From Candidatus Latescibacterota bacterium (lineage in GTDB: Bacteria; Latescibacterota; UBA2968): 64,000 bases of DNA. The translations under genes and the position numbers were made by a program. Below are positions 20,801 through 30,210 of the stretch, piece after piece; within the stretch, counting starts at the first letter, position 1; every line of letters starts with the position of its first letter. The notes under the pieces were generated by a model. That model ran no database searches, was not told the origin of the DNA, and saw only the letters and a program-made list of their open reading frames with translations. The DNA is taken from the NCBI GenBank assembly GCA_965214925.1, contig OZ244028.1, forward strand, positions 709,121-773,120, in the 5' to 3' direction.

Positions 20801-22553
20801 TGGGATTTGCAGACGCGTTGCTGAAAATGGTGAGCGCAGCTTGCTGAAGGCCTTCGGCCTGCGGGCGAAAGGCAATGGGAAGTTGTTGGCTTTGCCCCGA
20901 GTCAATCCGCAAGGTGTCGGTTTGTTCAACGACAAATTGCGAGTCGGTCGGCGCGGCGTGTGGCACGACCAACACACCGGCGCCCAGGTTGGAAATGCGT
21001 AGCGACGAGGTTTGAGATTGTCCGATGGCGGTGCGATCAAAAATCAACACATCGGACGGAAAGAGTCCGATCTGCGCGCCTTCTCCCACACCTCGCACGT
21101 GGACGGTGGCAAAAGGCGCGCGCGGATCATCGGTAGTGATGGTGATCAGACCCTCTGCAAGCCCCTCTCGCGTGGGATCAAACACAATTTCAATTTTTGC
21201 TGTTTGCGCGATGTCAACGTCAATGGGGACTACCGATAGGACGCGAAACGCGGGATTATCGAAATTGACTGTTTCAATGCGAACGGGCAAATTGCCTCGG
21301 TTTTCAACGAATAGCCCGTTCACAGCCGGGTCGCCAATGCTGACTTTGTCAAAGTCAATATCTGTGGAGATGGCGTTGAAGACAGGCATGCGAAACCTGG
21401 GGTCGCGCAGTTTGCGGATGCGGTTGCCGTCGATAAAGATGAGGTCGGCATTGGCATCGATCAGCAAGCGCGCGGGTTGCTGCAAATCGGACAGAAGGGC
21501 GAGCGTCCCATCAGAACCCGCGCGCGCAATGCCGGTTCCCGCAAGAGGCAATACATGGCCCGTTTCCGCTTCAACCACGCGAATGCGGTTGTTGCCCGTA
21601 TCCGCGATATAAATATCGCCGTTTTCATCTGTGGCAACACCCAAAGGCGCGAAAAATAACGCACTTTTTGCCGGCCCCCCATCGCCCTTGTACAGATCGC
21701 CCGAGCGATCTTCCACAGGGGTCGGTGCCCGCCCGGCCACGGTGTTGATCACGGCAATGATGGTCGTGTCTTGCACGACTCGGCTGACGCGGCGGATGCG
21801 GCCATTGTTGAAGTCGGCAATTAAAAGGTCGCCATTGCCCGCAATCGCCAGTTGTTCGGGGGTTAAACCCGCCCGATTTGCGGACCCGCCATCCTGAGTG
21901 CTCGACGCCTGGGCACTGCCATTGCCCGCAACCGTGCCGACAATATTGGTCATCAAGTTGAGTTGCCGCACGCGGTTGTTGCCCATGCCATTTTGATCGA
22001 GACCGTCTGAGATCAAGAGGGCTGCATCGCCCAACATCGCCAGCGCGGTAATTTCGTGGAATGTAGCTTCCAAAGCAGGTACCAGATCATTGAACCCGCC
22101 GTCGCCCGTGCCCGCAACTGTGCTGATGATGCCGGAGGGAGCAATGCGGCGGACGCGGCGATTTCGAGCGTCAGGGCCACCGCTGCTGAGATAAATGTTG
22201 CCCGCGCTGTCAGCCGCGATGGCATTGGGTGTATGGAGCATGGCACGCGTTGCCGGCCCGCCGTCGCCCGAGAATCCAGGTTCCCCGGTACCCGCGACGG
22301 TTGTGATGATGCCTGTCGTCGCGTCCACCCGTCGAATGCGGTGGTTGTCCGTATCCGCGATGTAGAGATTGCCCCGTGCATCGAGGGCGATGCCGAGCGG
22401 GCGATTGAGCATCACATCCGTGGCCGGCATATGGTCGCCATCTTCCAGACCCCCGCCGGCAATGGTGACTATGGTGCCAGGTACCCGCGCGGAAACCCCG
22501 CTTGCCAATCCCGAAATCAGGAGGCTGTATATGATGATGTGAATAGAGCGCAT
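17877..22553 (-). CDS. giant secreted NHL-repeat / FG-GAP (ASPIC/UnbV, CRTAC1-like) protein with a C-terminal dockerin-like Ca-binding repeat pair
   Basis: 1558 aa. Has a signal peptide and many NHRIRxxD NHL blades. The centre has repeated FG-GAP-like units (e.g. WGDFDNDGDPDL). The C-terminus has two DxDxDG repeats. Confidence 0.7.
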   Translation of the reverse strand: MRSIHIIIYSLLISGLASGVSARVPGTIVTIAGGGLEDGDHMPATDVMLNRPLGIALDARGNLYIADTDNHRIRRVDATTGIITTVAGTGEPGFSGDGGPATRAMLHTPNAIAADSAGNIYLSSGGPDARNRRVRRIAPSGIISTVAGTGDGGFNDLVPALEATFHEITALAMLGDAALLISDGLDQNGMGNNRVRQLNLMTNIVGTVAGNGSAQASSTQDGGSANRAGLTPEQLAIAGNGDLLIADFNNGRIRRVSRVVQDTTIIAVINTVAGRAPTPVEDRSGDLYKGDGGPAKSALFFAPLGVATDENGDIYIADTGNNRIRVVEAETGHVLPLAGTGIARAGSDGTLALLSDLQQPARLLIDANADLIFIDGNRIRKLRDPRFRMPVFNAISTDIDFDKVSIGDPAVNGLFVENRGNLPVRIETVNFDNPAFRVLSVVPIDVDIAQTAKIEIVFDPTREGLAEGLITITTDDPRAPFATVHVRGVGEGAQIGLFPSDVLIFDRTAIGQSQTSSLRISNLGAGVLVVPHAAPTDSQFVVEQTDTLRIDSGQSQQLPIAFRPQAEGLQQAALTIFSNASANPTVTLQLQGIGQKAKPGGFVDVSSNTGLGDMGAGFGAAWADFDNDSDPDLYLVRSREPNRLFRNDGAAFTDVAPHMGIADTGDGSAGIWGDVDRDGDLDLYVTNFGEPNRLFRNDGAAFTDVASHMGIADPGDGYGAAWADYEGDGDLDLYVANFGGNRFYQNNGNGFSERADSLGIGDTESGIQPAWGDFDNDGDPDLFLANSGPNRLFRNDGDHFTSIETAFSPTDAGPSFGAAWGDFDNDGDLDLFIPYFGANNRFYTNEGKGVFRDRAPSLDLAHGGRGRGAAWGDFDNDGFLDLYVTNSGQPNLYYKNRDGRAFVDMADTLGVAANADSRGVALADYDNDGGLDLYIAVQNGPDALYRNQEADGNWIAIRLSGTTSSTDAIGTRLEIGYGDNRRALREITGGASFLSQDALFAVFGVGNAEQIDVLSLRWPSGIVQQLRSDTDDLSVNRVLDITEQPPSLPARVRLTAEATHLLGNGISEIELIAQIVTRENRLALTSDRAVRFRIESGSGLIIPSQGSEPADSDSIAVRDGMAFARFRSGQDPGRVVIVAESEGLAPGRVEIELIKPFAQDALTLRTIAGSGESGGFQGDDGAATAALLQHPQAVLSDALGNIYIADTENHRIRLIDVETATIRTIAGTGQGGDIAAPQGITLGVQGDLIISQTGNHVVSRVQNRVLFDIVGTGIGQFGGDRGRAANANLRRPTGLAVDQSGNLYIADTDNHRIRKVDRHGTITTVAGSGNPDQGAFSGDGGAGTHARLNRPSAIAIDAQHNLYIADTDNHRIRTVNSSGLIATLAGTGMGGFSGDGGPGTRARLNRPQGIAVDARGYLYIADTDNHRIRLLDLNSGLIQTVAGTGLGQLDLEEGGGLAVSLNAPHGLALSPTGTLLIADAANHRIRELSVLFDLTRSPPAAPHAKSADFNADGRITFSDFLIFVTEFDSAHARCDLDADGTVGFGDFLRFVNAYEASQ

Positions 22554-22572
22554 GGACAGTTGTCAGTTGTCA

Positions 22573-22753
22573 AAGGCGTAAGACGCGAGAGGTAAGCACA
22601 GGCGTCGCCTACAACGCGGCGGTGGGTGTACAACTGGCCGTTTTTCAGGCCAGTTCACCAAATAACGCCACCCATCCGCACAAATGAATGTCGCCGGAGG
22701 TGGGTGACCGCGCCGTAGAAATTTTCTCGTGTAGTTATCTCGCGTCTCACCTT
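22573..22753. repeat. MITE-like element (about 180 nt) with imperfect terminal inverted repeats AAGGCGTAAGACGCGAGAGGTAAG / ...GTTATCTCGCGTCTCACCTT
   Basis: The internal core gcggtgggtgtacaactggccgtttttcaggccagttcaccaa(a/g)taacgccaccca is about 95% identical to 54046-54100. The right TIR overlaps the metE-like stop codon. Confidence 0.6.
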
Positions 22754-23802
22754 CCCAAATAGAGATCCCTCCCCCGGGCGAGGGCAGCAATTTTTTGATC
22801 GGCCACTGAACGTTTGAGCATCCAGAACCCGCAATCGGGGTGAATGAATGCGATGCGGCCCGAGCCGAGTTCTTTTTCTGCGCGGTCGAGGCGTCGGGCA
22901 ATTTGTTCGGCCGTTTCAATGTGGTTGATTTTGATATCCACCACGCCAATGCCGAGTTTGATGCGCGGATCAATTTCTTTGAGGGCGATCAGGTCATCGT
23001 CTGGGCGATGCGCGAGTTCGAGCACGAGGTGATCCGCATGCAGGTCGCTGAGAAACGCGACGAGCGCGCGCCATGTGCCGCGTTGGATCGTTTGCCCGCC
23101 GTAGTTCCCAAAACAAAAGTGAACGGCTTTTTCCGTGTCGGGATCGACCGCGTCGAGCACTGCGTTGATGGCTCGGGCTGCAATGGGCGCGTCACGGGGG
23201 TTGCCCGGGATATTGGCTTCATCGACCTGTACACACGCGCAGGGCAGGCCGCGCACCTGATCGGCCAGCACATTCGCCACGCCCATGAGCAGGGCGTCAA
23301 AGTCGCCGTAGTAATTGTCGAGCAAGGTTCGGGCGAGCATATAGGGACTGGTGAGGGTAAATTTGAAGGGGCCGCCCGCCACTGCTGCCGCGCGCGCGCA
23401 GTCGGATAACAGGTCGAGCGTACCTTCCGAGAGTTCGCCCTCGACAACCGCAGCGGGTTTGGCGCGAAAGTCCATGGATTGGTGTTGGCGAAATGCCTCG
23501 ACTTCGGTGCGTCCAAAATCCGCGCGCGTCCCCCCCATGGGGCGCACGAAATACTCGATCATGCCATTGGTTTCGGGATGGTTGATGTCAAATCGGTACA
23601 GTTCGCCGTCGGTGGGCAGGTCAATGCCGGCCTGCCGCTGGATGTCGAAGATCACGCGCGTGGCATCGACGACCGCGGTTTCGCCGCTCGCGCCCAAGAG
23701 CCAGTCGGGCAGCGGATAAGACCCCACCGTGGTGGTGAGGATTGTGGATTCTCGGGGCAAGTTTTGCGTTGCCTTCAGGGCTTCAATGGCGTTTTCAGAC
23801 AT
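22747..23802 (-). CDS. metE: cobalamin-independent methionine synthase, short (MetE C-terminal-domain type)
   Basis: Has a TTVGSYP N-terminal motif and a Zn-binding C-terminal pattern. About 350 aa. Confidence 0.65.
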   Translation of the reverse strand: MSENAIEALKATQNLPRESTILTTTVGSYPLPDWLLGASGETAVVDATRVIFDIQRQAGIDLPTDGELYRFDINHPETNGMIEYFVRPMGGTRADFGRTEVEAFRQHQSMDFRAKPAAVVEGELSEGTLDLLSDCARAAAVAGGPFKFTLTSPYMLARTLLDNYYGDFDALLMGVANVLADQVRGLPCACVQVDEANIPGNPRDAPIAARAINAVLDAVDPDTEKAVHFCFGNYGGQTIQRGTWRALVAFLSDLHADHLVLELAHRPDDDLIALKEIDPRIKLGIGVVDIKINHIETAEQIARRLDRAEKELGSGRIAFIHPDCGFWMLKRSVADQKIAALARGRDLYLGR

Positions 23803-23865
23803 GGGATACCTCTTTTGGCTATTGGCGGTGCGGTCACGGGTCAGCCCGTCCATCCCCTAACCCCC

Positions 23866-25068
23866 TTACCTCTCACTCCTCACTCCTCGCTTCTCGCGCC
23901 TTATGGCGTCGAGTTTCGCCCGATTATCGGGGGTCAGGTTCCTCATGGCTTCAAAGACAAAGGCAAATAAGCAACTCAATACCAGACTGAGACCGCCGGC
24001 AATGGCAACCATGAGGCTGCGGCGCGGGTAACTGCGCGTGTCAGGAGGTCGGGCAGGATCCAGAACAATGACGGTATGCGTGCCTTTTTCATTTTCAAAT
24101 CGGGTTTTTTCGTATTCTTGTTTGACAAACTGATAGATGGCGTTCTGGATTTCAATATCGCGGATGAGTTGAAGCGCGGTCAGGCCCAATGCGGGCAATT
24201 GCCGAAAGGGTTTGAAAATCTCTGGCAATTGTGCGGGAGGGATAGCATTGCTTTCGGCACCGGAATATTGGCCCATGAGCAGGTTGTCGAGCACCTCGCG
24301 CGTGGTTTGAATTTCGAGGTCGAGCTTTTTGAGCTCGGGATTGTCTGCGGTCATCAGTTGCGATTGGACGTCGCGTTTGACAATCAACTCTGCGAGCGAG
24401 CTGATAAGGGTAGATGTGATTTCCAACTGTGTTTTGGCCTGGGCTTCTATGTCTAAAACCATGTGCGTATTCTGAAAATCCCGATAGTGCTCCTCGGCTG
24501 CGAGCATGTCCTGTTTGGCTTCTTTGAGCCGGCCTTCGAGGTAGGTGAGATAGGCGCGCGTTTTCTGTTGGTTGCGCTGTTCAAGCGCGCTTTCGAGTTC
24601 TTCAACAAAGGCATTGGTCAACGTGGCCGCTAGTTCAGGGGTGTCGGCTTCGTAAGAAATGGTGAGGAATTGCTCGCGCGAGAGATCGATGATCAAGCGG
24701 TCGGCGATCATATCGAGCAACTCGCTCTGGTGACGGGCGCCATAGCGCGTGGCGAGGTCAAAGCGTTTGGCAATGGCCAAGCGCACGCTTTCACTTTCAA
24801 TGACGGGTACAAATTCCATCGCAGACACGGCCTCGCCGCCTAGGCCCATCAGGTTGATGGGCAATTCTTGCAAGAGGACAGACAGACTACTGAGACCGCC
24901 GCGGTCATCTTGCGGTGGATAGATTGTGGCGTGCGCGCGGTAAGCTTTGGGTAAGATGAGAGAAATGCCCGCGGTTACAAGCGCGACGGCAAAAAAGCAT
25001 ATCGAGATCATGCGCCGCCAGCGCACGAGAACATAAATGTGATCGAGGATATTGCGTTCAGGTTCCAT
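23866..25068 (-). CDS. polysaccharide chain-length determinant (Wzz/GumC family)
   Basis: YVLVRWRRMI, an N-terminal TM helix, a coiled-coil periplasmic region and a C-terminal TM helix. No kinase domain. Confidence 0.6.
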   Translation of the reverse strand: MEPERNILDHIYVLVRWRRMISICFFAVALVTAGISLILPKAYRAHATIYPPQDDRGGLSSLSVLLQELPINLMGLGGEAVSAMEFVPVIESESVRLAIAKRFDLATRYGARHQSELLDMIADRLIIDLSREQFLTISYEADTPELAATLTNAFVEELESALEQRNQQKTRAYLTYLEGRLKEAKQDMLAAEEHYRDFQNTHMVLDIEAQAKTQLEITSTLISSLAELIVKRDVQSQLMTADNPELKKLDLEIQTTREVLDNLLMGQYSGAESNAIPPAQLPEIFKPFRQLPALGLTALQLIRDIEIQNAIYQFVKQEYEKTRFENEKGTHTVIVLDPARPPDTRSYPRRSLMVAIAGGLSLVLSCLFAFVFEAMRNLTPDNRAKLDAIRREKRGVRSER

Positions 25069-25236
25069 GCGTTGTCAGTTGTCAAGCCATCCAATTTCCA
25101 AGGGTCTATGTAGGGGCAACCTCAGGTGCTGAGTGCTTTGTTGCGCGGAGGAACGACGAAAATCGCGCGCGAAGCACAACGTGAGTAAAAGACGCGAAAA
25201 TCACGACAGAGACTCCACCTGGGCGTCGATGAATTG

Positions 25237-26973
25237 CTATCGTTCGCGATTGATCAAAACAATGGTGAAAACGAGCGATGCAATAGAACCGAGCATCGCA
25301 ATGGCTTCTCGAGCGATGCGGTAGCCCTGCCCGGGCATGCTTTCCCGCGTGGGCACCACAATCGCGTCGCCTGGGCGCACGGGTGACGTTGCACTGACGC
25401 GGATGGCGTTGCCCGTATTGCCTTCAACGATGATGAGGTCTTTCTGTTTTGCGCGCGTGTTAAAACCGCCGGCGAGGTCAATATAACCGCCGACTGTAAG
25501 AGCCGCGTCGTAGGGGATGTTCGCCGGTGCTGTGACAGCGCCTATCACGCGCACAGAAGGTACAAATCGGGGAATGCGAACCACATCGCCATCTTGCAGG
25601 AGAATGTTGTGCCGCTCGTTGCCGGCCATAAGAGCCGCAAAGTCAATGGGCAAACGCCCGGAAAGTTGTTGGGTTTTGAGGGTGACGAGGGCTTCTTCGG
25701 CGTCGGTGCGCTGCGCGCGGTTAATGTTGAGCAATCGGTCGAGCGCGAGATCATCTTCGGTCTCTGTCTGCCCTTCAAAATTGACCTCGCGAATGAGCGA
25801 CGCCTGAACCACAGATGCTTCGGGCGTGAGTTCGGCATGGCGCAACAATTCTTTGAGGCGAAGCCCCTCTTTCAGGGGAAACGGGCCGGGGAATTGCACT
25901 TCGCCCTGGACGTAAACCCATTTTGTTTCGCCAATAACATAGAGTTTGTCGCCGATTTGCGCAGGAATGTTCGCTTCGGGATACTCTGAAAGGTCGCGGG
26001 GGAGGTCGAGGGTCATAGGCGTCCAGTCGCCATCTTTTGACAGGCGCAAAAGTTGGGCGCGCGTCGGGAGGGCATGCGCGCGCAGGCCATTCCCCAAAAC
26101 AATGAGATCGGCAATGCGATCACCGGGCGCAAATTCATAGCGGCCAGGGCGCTGTACCGCGCCCATGACAGAGATCGAATCGCCTGTGGCAGGGGGCACC
26201 AAGATTTGTTCTCCATCGAGCATGAAGGGGTTGTACTGTTCTTTGCCCGTGCGGTTCCACAAGGCGAGATCGACTCTGCGCCCCGTGTCGCGCCAGTGTC
26301 CATTTTCATGACGCAGGATCCGAATGTTGCGGCTGGATCCCTGGCGGTCAGAATCGTTGATGAGGCCCCCGGCTTTGAGGATGAGTTGAGACGCCTGTTC
26401 CACGCCATTGACGCCAACAGCACCGGGTATGTGTACTTCGCCAATCACGTTGATGGGAAATGTGCGGAGGTGCGCGAGGCTAATGGTGATGTCAAGTTGA
26501 TGAAAGCGTTTTTTTATGCCTGCTTGGATGGCACGATGGGCTTCTGCAAGCGGTGAAAAAGCAACGGAAACAGGGCCGACAGACGGAATGAGCAGACTGC
26601 CGCCCGCGCCAACGGGAATTTCCAAGGTTTCGATTTCTTCGCCTGTGTTCACGACAACGGAAAAGACATCGCCGGGGCCGACAATATAGCGCCCCGAGCG
26701 AATGACCGCATCGTAAGCCGCTTTGCCAATGCTCTTGATTTCAACCGGTTGTGCGGCGATGCCTTTCTCTGCTTCTTCGAGAGAAGACGAGGAAAAGGGC
26801 TTGATGGACTCTCGGCGTTCAGGTTTTTCCTCGGTTTGACGCGAATCGCGGCGATGGCGAGATTGCGCGTGTGCAGCGAAAGGGTAAAACGCAAAGTCAA
26901 ACGCGAGCAGGCCCACGAGCGCGATGTAAAATACGCGCATCCATCGCCCTGGATATGCCATAAAGACGATCAT
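25237..26973 (-). CDS. polysaccharide export protein (Wza-type, Poly_export + SLBB domains)
   Basis: Has a signal peptide, YIVGPGDVFSVVV and repeated SLBB-like segments. Confidence 0.6.
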   Translation of the reverse strand: MIVFMAYPGRWMRVFYIALVGLLAFDFAFYPFAAHAQSRHRRDSRQTEEKPERRESIKPFSSSSLEEAEKGIAAQPVEIKSIGKAAYDAVIRSGRYIVGPGDVFSVVVNTGEEIETLEIPVGAGGSLLIPSVGPVSVAFSPLAEAHRAIQAGIKKRFHQLDITISLAHLRTFPINVIGEVHIPGAVGVNGVEQASQLILKAGGLINDSDRQGSSRNIRILRHENGHWRDTGRRVDLALWNRTGKEQYNPFMLDGEQILVPPATGDSISVMGAVQRPGRYEFAPGDRIADLIVLGNGLRAHALPTRAQLLRLSKDGDWTPMTLDLPRDLSEYPEANIPAQIGDKLYVIGETKWVYVQGEVQFPGPFPLKEGLRLKELLRHAELTPEASVVQASLIREVNFEGQTETEDDLALDRLLNINRAQRTDAEEALVTLKTQQLSGRLPIDFAALMAGNERHNILLQDGDVVRIPRFVPSVRVIGAVTAPANIPYDAALTVGGYIDLAGGFNTRAKQKDLIIVEGNTGNAIRVSATSPVRPGDAIVVPTRESMPGQGYRIAREAIAMLGSIASLVFTIVLINRER

Positions 26974-27869
26974 GTGATGGTGACTCCGTAGGGATCAATT
27001 TCGAGGACGCGATAGCGAGCGGGGCTGTTTTGGGTCGCCCAAATGCCGATCATAGCTCGTCCGATGGCATGGGCATTCCGCGTGGTGAGTGCAACCATGG
27101 TTGGCCCCGCGCCGGAAAGCGCGGCCCCCCAGGCACCTGCTTTGACTGCTGCAGCGAGTATCCCGTCAAATCCGGGGATGAGTTTTGCCCGATGGGGGTG
27201 ATGCAGGCGATCTTGCATGCCAATGGCGAGGTGTTCAAAGTTGCCCGTGATCAGGGCGGCGGTCACCAAGCACGCGCGGCTCGCACTGAAGACCGCGTCG
27301 CGGTGAGAAATGGTGTTTGGCAAAACGTGCCGGGCAACTTCGGTTTTGAGTTCAAATTCGGGAATGGCGACCACGGCGCGCAGTTGAGCGGGGGGCAGGG
27401 CGCGCACGCATGCCACGCGGTTGCCGTCCATTGCAGAGGCGGTGAGGCCGCCGAGCAAGCAAGGCGAGACATTGTCGGGATGGCCTTCAATGGCGGTGGC
27501 GATATCGAGGATTTCCATCTGTGAAAAGGGGTCGCGCAAGACGCGGTTGGCCGCCACGACGCCAGCGACAATCGCGGTTGAACTGCTGCCCAACCCCCGT
27601 GCGAGGGGCACGTTGTTTTGCATGCGAATCTCGAGGCCGGGCAGGGTTTTGCCTGCGCGCTGCGCCGCAAATTGGGCTGCGCGGTAAAAGAGATTGTCTT
27701 CATTGGCGGGCAAAATATCCCGGCCTTCTCCCTCGAGCGAGAACGATGCGCCCGGTTGGGAACGAGTGCGTACCGCGATGTCATTGTACATGGACAGGGC
27801 CATTCCGAGGGCGTCGTACCCCGGGCCGAGATTGGCGGTGGAACCTGGTAAGCGAATGCGAAATTCCAT
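26970..27869 (-). CDS. thrB: homoserine kinase (GHMP kinase)
   Basis: Carries the LPGSTANLGPGYDALG and PLARGLGSSS GHMP motifs. 299 aa. Confidence 0.85.
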   Translation of the reverse strand: MEFRIRLPGSTANLGPGYDALGMALSMYNDIAVRTRSQPGASFSLEGEGRDILPANEDNLFYRAAQFAAQRAGKTLPGLEIRMQNNVPLARGLGSSSTAIVAGVVAANRVLRDPFSQMEILDIATAIEGHPDNVSPCLLGGLTASAMDGNRVACVRALPPAQLRAVVAIPEFELKTEVARHVLPNTISHRDAVFSASRACLVTAALITGNFEHLAIGMQDRLHHPHRAKLIPGFDGILAAAVKAGAWGAALSGAGPTMVALTTRNAHAIGRAMIGIWATQNSPARYRVLEIDPYGVTIT

Positions 27870-28979
27870 TTAGAGTTCCTGCACGAGTTCGGTGCAAACC
27901 CAATCGGCGAGTAGGAGACCCCGCCGCGTCAGGCGAATGCGGTTGTCGGTTTGTTCGATCAGGTTTCGGTTTGCCATCGCGAGGTATTGTTTGTGGATTT
28001 TTGGATGGCGCGAAAAGTCCGCGCGAAATCCCCTGCGCTGGCGCAAACCGAGCATGATGCGCTCGATCAGGTGTTGCATCGGTGTGAGGATTTCTTCGCT
28101 TTCTACGGCATATCCGGTCGCCTCAATGCGTTGGATATACGTTGTGAGACCGCGCACATTCCACGATCGGCGATTGTCGAGATAGGAATGGGCAGACATG
28201 CCAATGCCCAAATAGGGACGGTCGCGCCAGTAATTGAGGTTGTGACGCGACGCAAATCCCGGTCGGGCAAAATTGGAGATTTCGTACTGCGCGTACCCGG
28301 CGGCTTCGAGTTGGTCAATGGCGTGCAGATACATCGCGGCTTGGTCGGCTTCTGGCGGCAGAAGCAATTGTCCCTTGTGCAGGCGGCGTGCAAAATTCGT
28401 CTGGGGTTCAATGGTGAGGCCATACACCGAGAGGTGTTCGGGGCATAGGTCAATCGCCCGCTGAAGACTCATAGCCCATTCTTCGGGCGTCTGCCCCGGC
28501 GCGCCAAACATGAGGTCAAGGCTGATGTTCTCAAACCCCGCGTTGCGAGCCGTGTGAAACGCTGCGATTGCATCTGAGGCCGTGTGAAATCGACCGAGTG
28601 CTTTGAGCGCGCGGTCTGTGAATGCCTGCACGCCCAGGCTCAAGCGATTGATGCCGTATTCGCGCAATGCTTCAAAGTGTTCGCGATCATTCGGATTGGC
28701 TTCTGCTGTGATTTCCGCATGGGACGCAACCGCGCGTTTCACGCTCGTCAGGATGCGCGCCAATTGCCGAGGCGGTATTGCCGAGGGCGTGCCCCCACCA
28801 AAGTAAAGCGTGTTGAACACGGGCGGTGTTTTGAGTGCCCGCATGCGGTTTTGCATTTCGACGATTACCGCATCGGTATATCTCTGTGCAAGATGCGTTT
28901 TGCCCACGACAAATGCAAAGTCGCAATACGGACACCGCGAGTGACAAAATGGAATGTGGATGTATAGGCTGAGGTGCAT
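27870..28979 (-). CDS. hemW: radical SAM heme chaperone HemW (coproporphyrinogen III oxidase-like)
   Basis: LYIHIPFCHSRCPYCDF CxxxCxxC radical-SAM motif. 369 aa. Confidence 0.8.
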   Translation of the reverse strand: MHLSLYIHIPFCHSRCPYCDFAFVVGKTHLAQRYTDAVIVEMQNRMRALKTPPVFNTLYFGGGTPSAIPPRQLARILTSVKRAVASHAEITAEANPNDREHFEALREYGINRLSLGVQAFTDRALKALGRFHTASDAIAAFHTARNAGFENISLDLMFGAPGQTPEEWAMSLQRAIDLCPEHLSVYGLTIEPQTNFARRLHKGQLLLPPEADQAAMYLHAIDQLEAAGYAQYEISNFARPGFASRHNLNYWRDRPYLGIGMSAHSYLDNRRSWNVRGLTTYIQRIEATGYAVESEEILTPMQHLIERIMLGLRQRRGFRADFSRHPKIHKQYLAMANRNLIEQTDNRIRLTRRGLLLADWVCTELVQEL

Positions 28980-29247
28980 TGGTCAGAATCAGTTCTGCTC
29001 ACACATTTTTTTTTGGGTTAGATGAAGAAAACCGATAACCGATGCGTTTGCGCCATCTGCCCCGGCTATAAAATTTGTTCAATCAGACGCGATCGCGAAC
29101 TCCTGTGCCTTTGGCAATGGATTCTATATGCATAATTTCGCTGATAATTTCAAAATCCATGCCACTTATGTCGTCAAGTCCAAAATCGCTATCATTAAGA
29201 CGCTCAAGCCTGTATGCACACAGACAGGTTGAGGTACATGGCATTTT

Positions 29248-29946
29248 TCACTCCACGAGCATGCCAATGCGACGCCAGCGGGTGCGCGCTGGAAAATGGA
29301 GCAGATTATAGAGGGCGATACCGGGTAGCGAGGTCAGGTTGCTGTACTCGGGGCGATTGGCATCGGGTGCCCAGGACCAGTAGAGAATAAATGCTTTGCC
29401 CCGGATGAGGTCGCGCTTGAGAAAGCCCCAGTATCGGCTGTCTTCACTGCTGTCGCGGTTGTCGCCCATAACGAAATAACAGTCTTTGGGCACCACTCTG
29501 GGGCCGTAGTTGTCGCGCGTGTTGGTCAATAATTTCCGTTTGCGAATCGCGGGGTCAATGTATTTGGACTGGGGCGGATCAAGGGTGCGTTTGCCATTGA
29601 TGTAGAGTTTTTTGTCTTTGATTTCAACCGTTTGACCGGGGCCTGCAACAATGCGTTTGATAAAGTCGCGCGATGGGTCTTTGGGATATTGAAAAATGAC
29701 GACATCCCCGGGATCCGGCTCTCGCAACGCGGGCAGGCGAATCCCGGTAAAGGGGATGCGCGCGCCATAGATAAACTTGTTGGCCAGCAAAAAATCCCCG
29801 ATCAGCAGGGTGTCTTTCATCGATCCCGACGGGATGCGAAATGCCTGCACGACAAATGTACGGATAAAAAGCGCGATCGCAAACGCGATCAGGATGGCTT
29901 TGATGTATTCGGCAATCACAGAGCTTTTTTGTTCCGTTTGTTTCAT
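29248..29946 (-). CDS. lepB: signal peptidase I
   Basis: Has a TM helix and the SGSMKDTL and GDNRDSSEDSRYWG catalytic Ser/Lys boxes. Confidence 0.85.
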   Translation of the reverse strand: MKQTEQKSSVIAEYIKAILIAFAIALFIRTFVVQAFRIPSGSMKDTLLIGDFLLANKFIYGARIPFTGIRLPALREPDPGDVVIFQYPKDPSRDFIKRIVAGPGQTVEIKDKKLYINGKRTLDPPQSKYIDPAIRKRKLLTNTRDNYGPRVVPKDCYFVMGDNRDSSEDSRYWGFLKRDLIRGKAFILYWSWAPDANRPEYSNLTSLPGIALYNLLHFPARTRWRRIGMLVE

Positions 29947-29966
29947 TGGTGGTTGCTTCTCGCCTT

Positions 29967-30161
29967 TTACAACCCCTCCCAATATTCCCACATATCATCC
30001 GGCGTTTCAAACTGCAAATCATCCCAATTTTTCCACTTAAATCGCGCAAAAAACCCCATGCGGATATCTCGACTACAGTTCTTACTCGCGCTGTGAACCA
30101 TCAAGCCGTGCCAGAAAATCACCGTGCCCACGGGGCCTGTGATTTCCACCGGATCGGGCAA
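29967..30161 (-). pseudogene. C-terminal fragment of a PhyH-family dioxygenase (gene remnant)
   Basis: The 64-aa ORF ...GTVIFWHGLMVHSASKNCSRDIRMGFFARF... is the second-His/Arg box of PhyH enzymes. There is no room upstream for the missing catalytic N-terminal two-thirds. Confidence 0.45.
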
Positions 30162-30210
30162 ATCAATAATCGTTCCGATCCGGTGGGGTGATGGTTGGGC
30201 GGGGCGATCT

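Noticed and set aside
29083-29160. 25-codon Ile-rich small ORF (MDFEIISEIMHIESIAKGTGVRDRV) upstream of hemW
   Set aside because: It has a weak SD and no terminator/antiterminator pair. hemW-thrB has no Ile-related logic for an attenuator. It is more likely a chance ORF in an AT-richer spacer.
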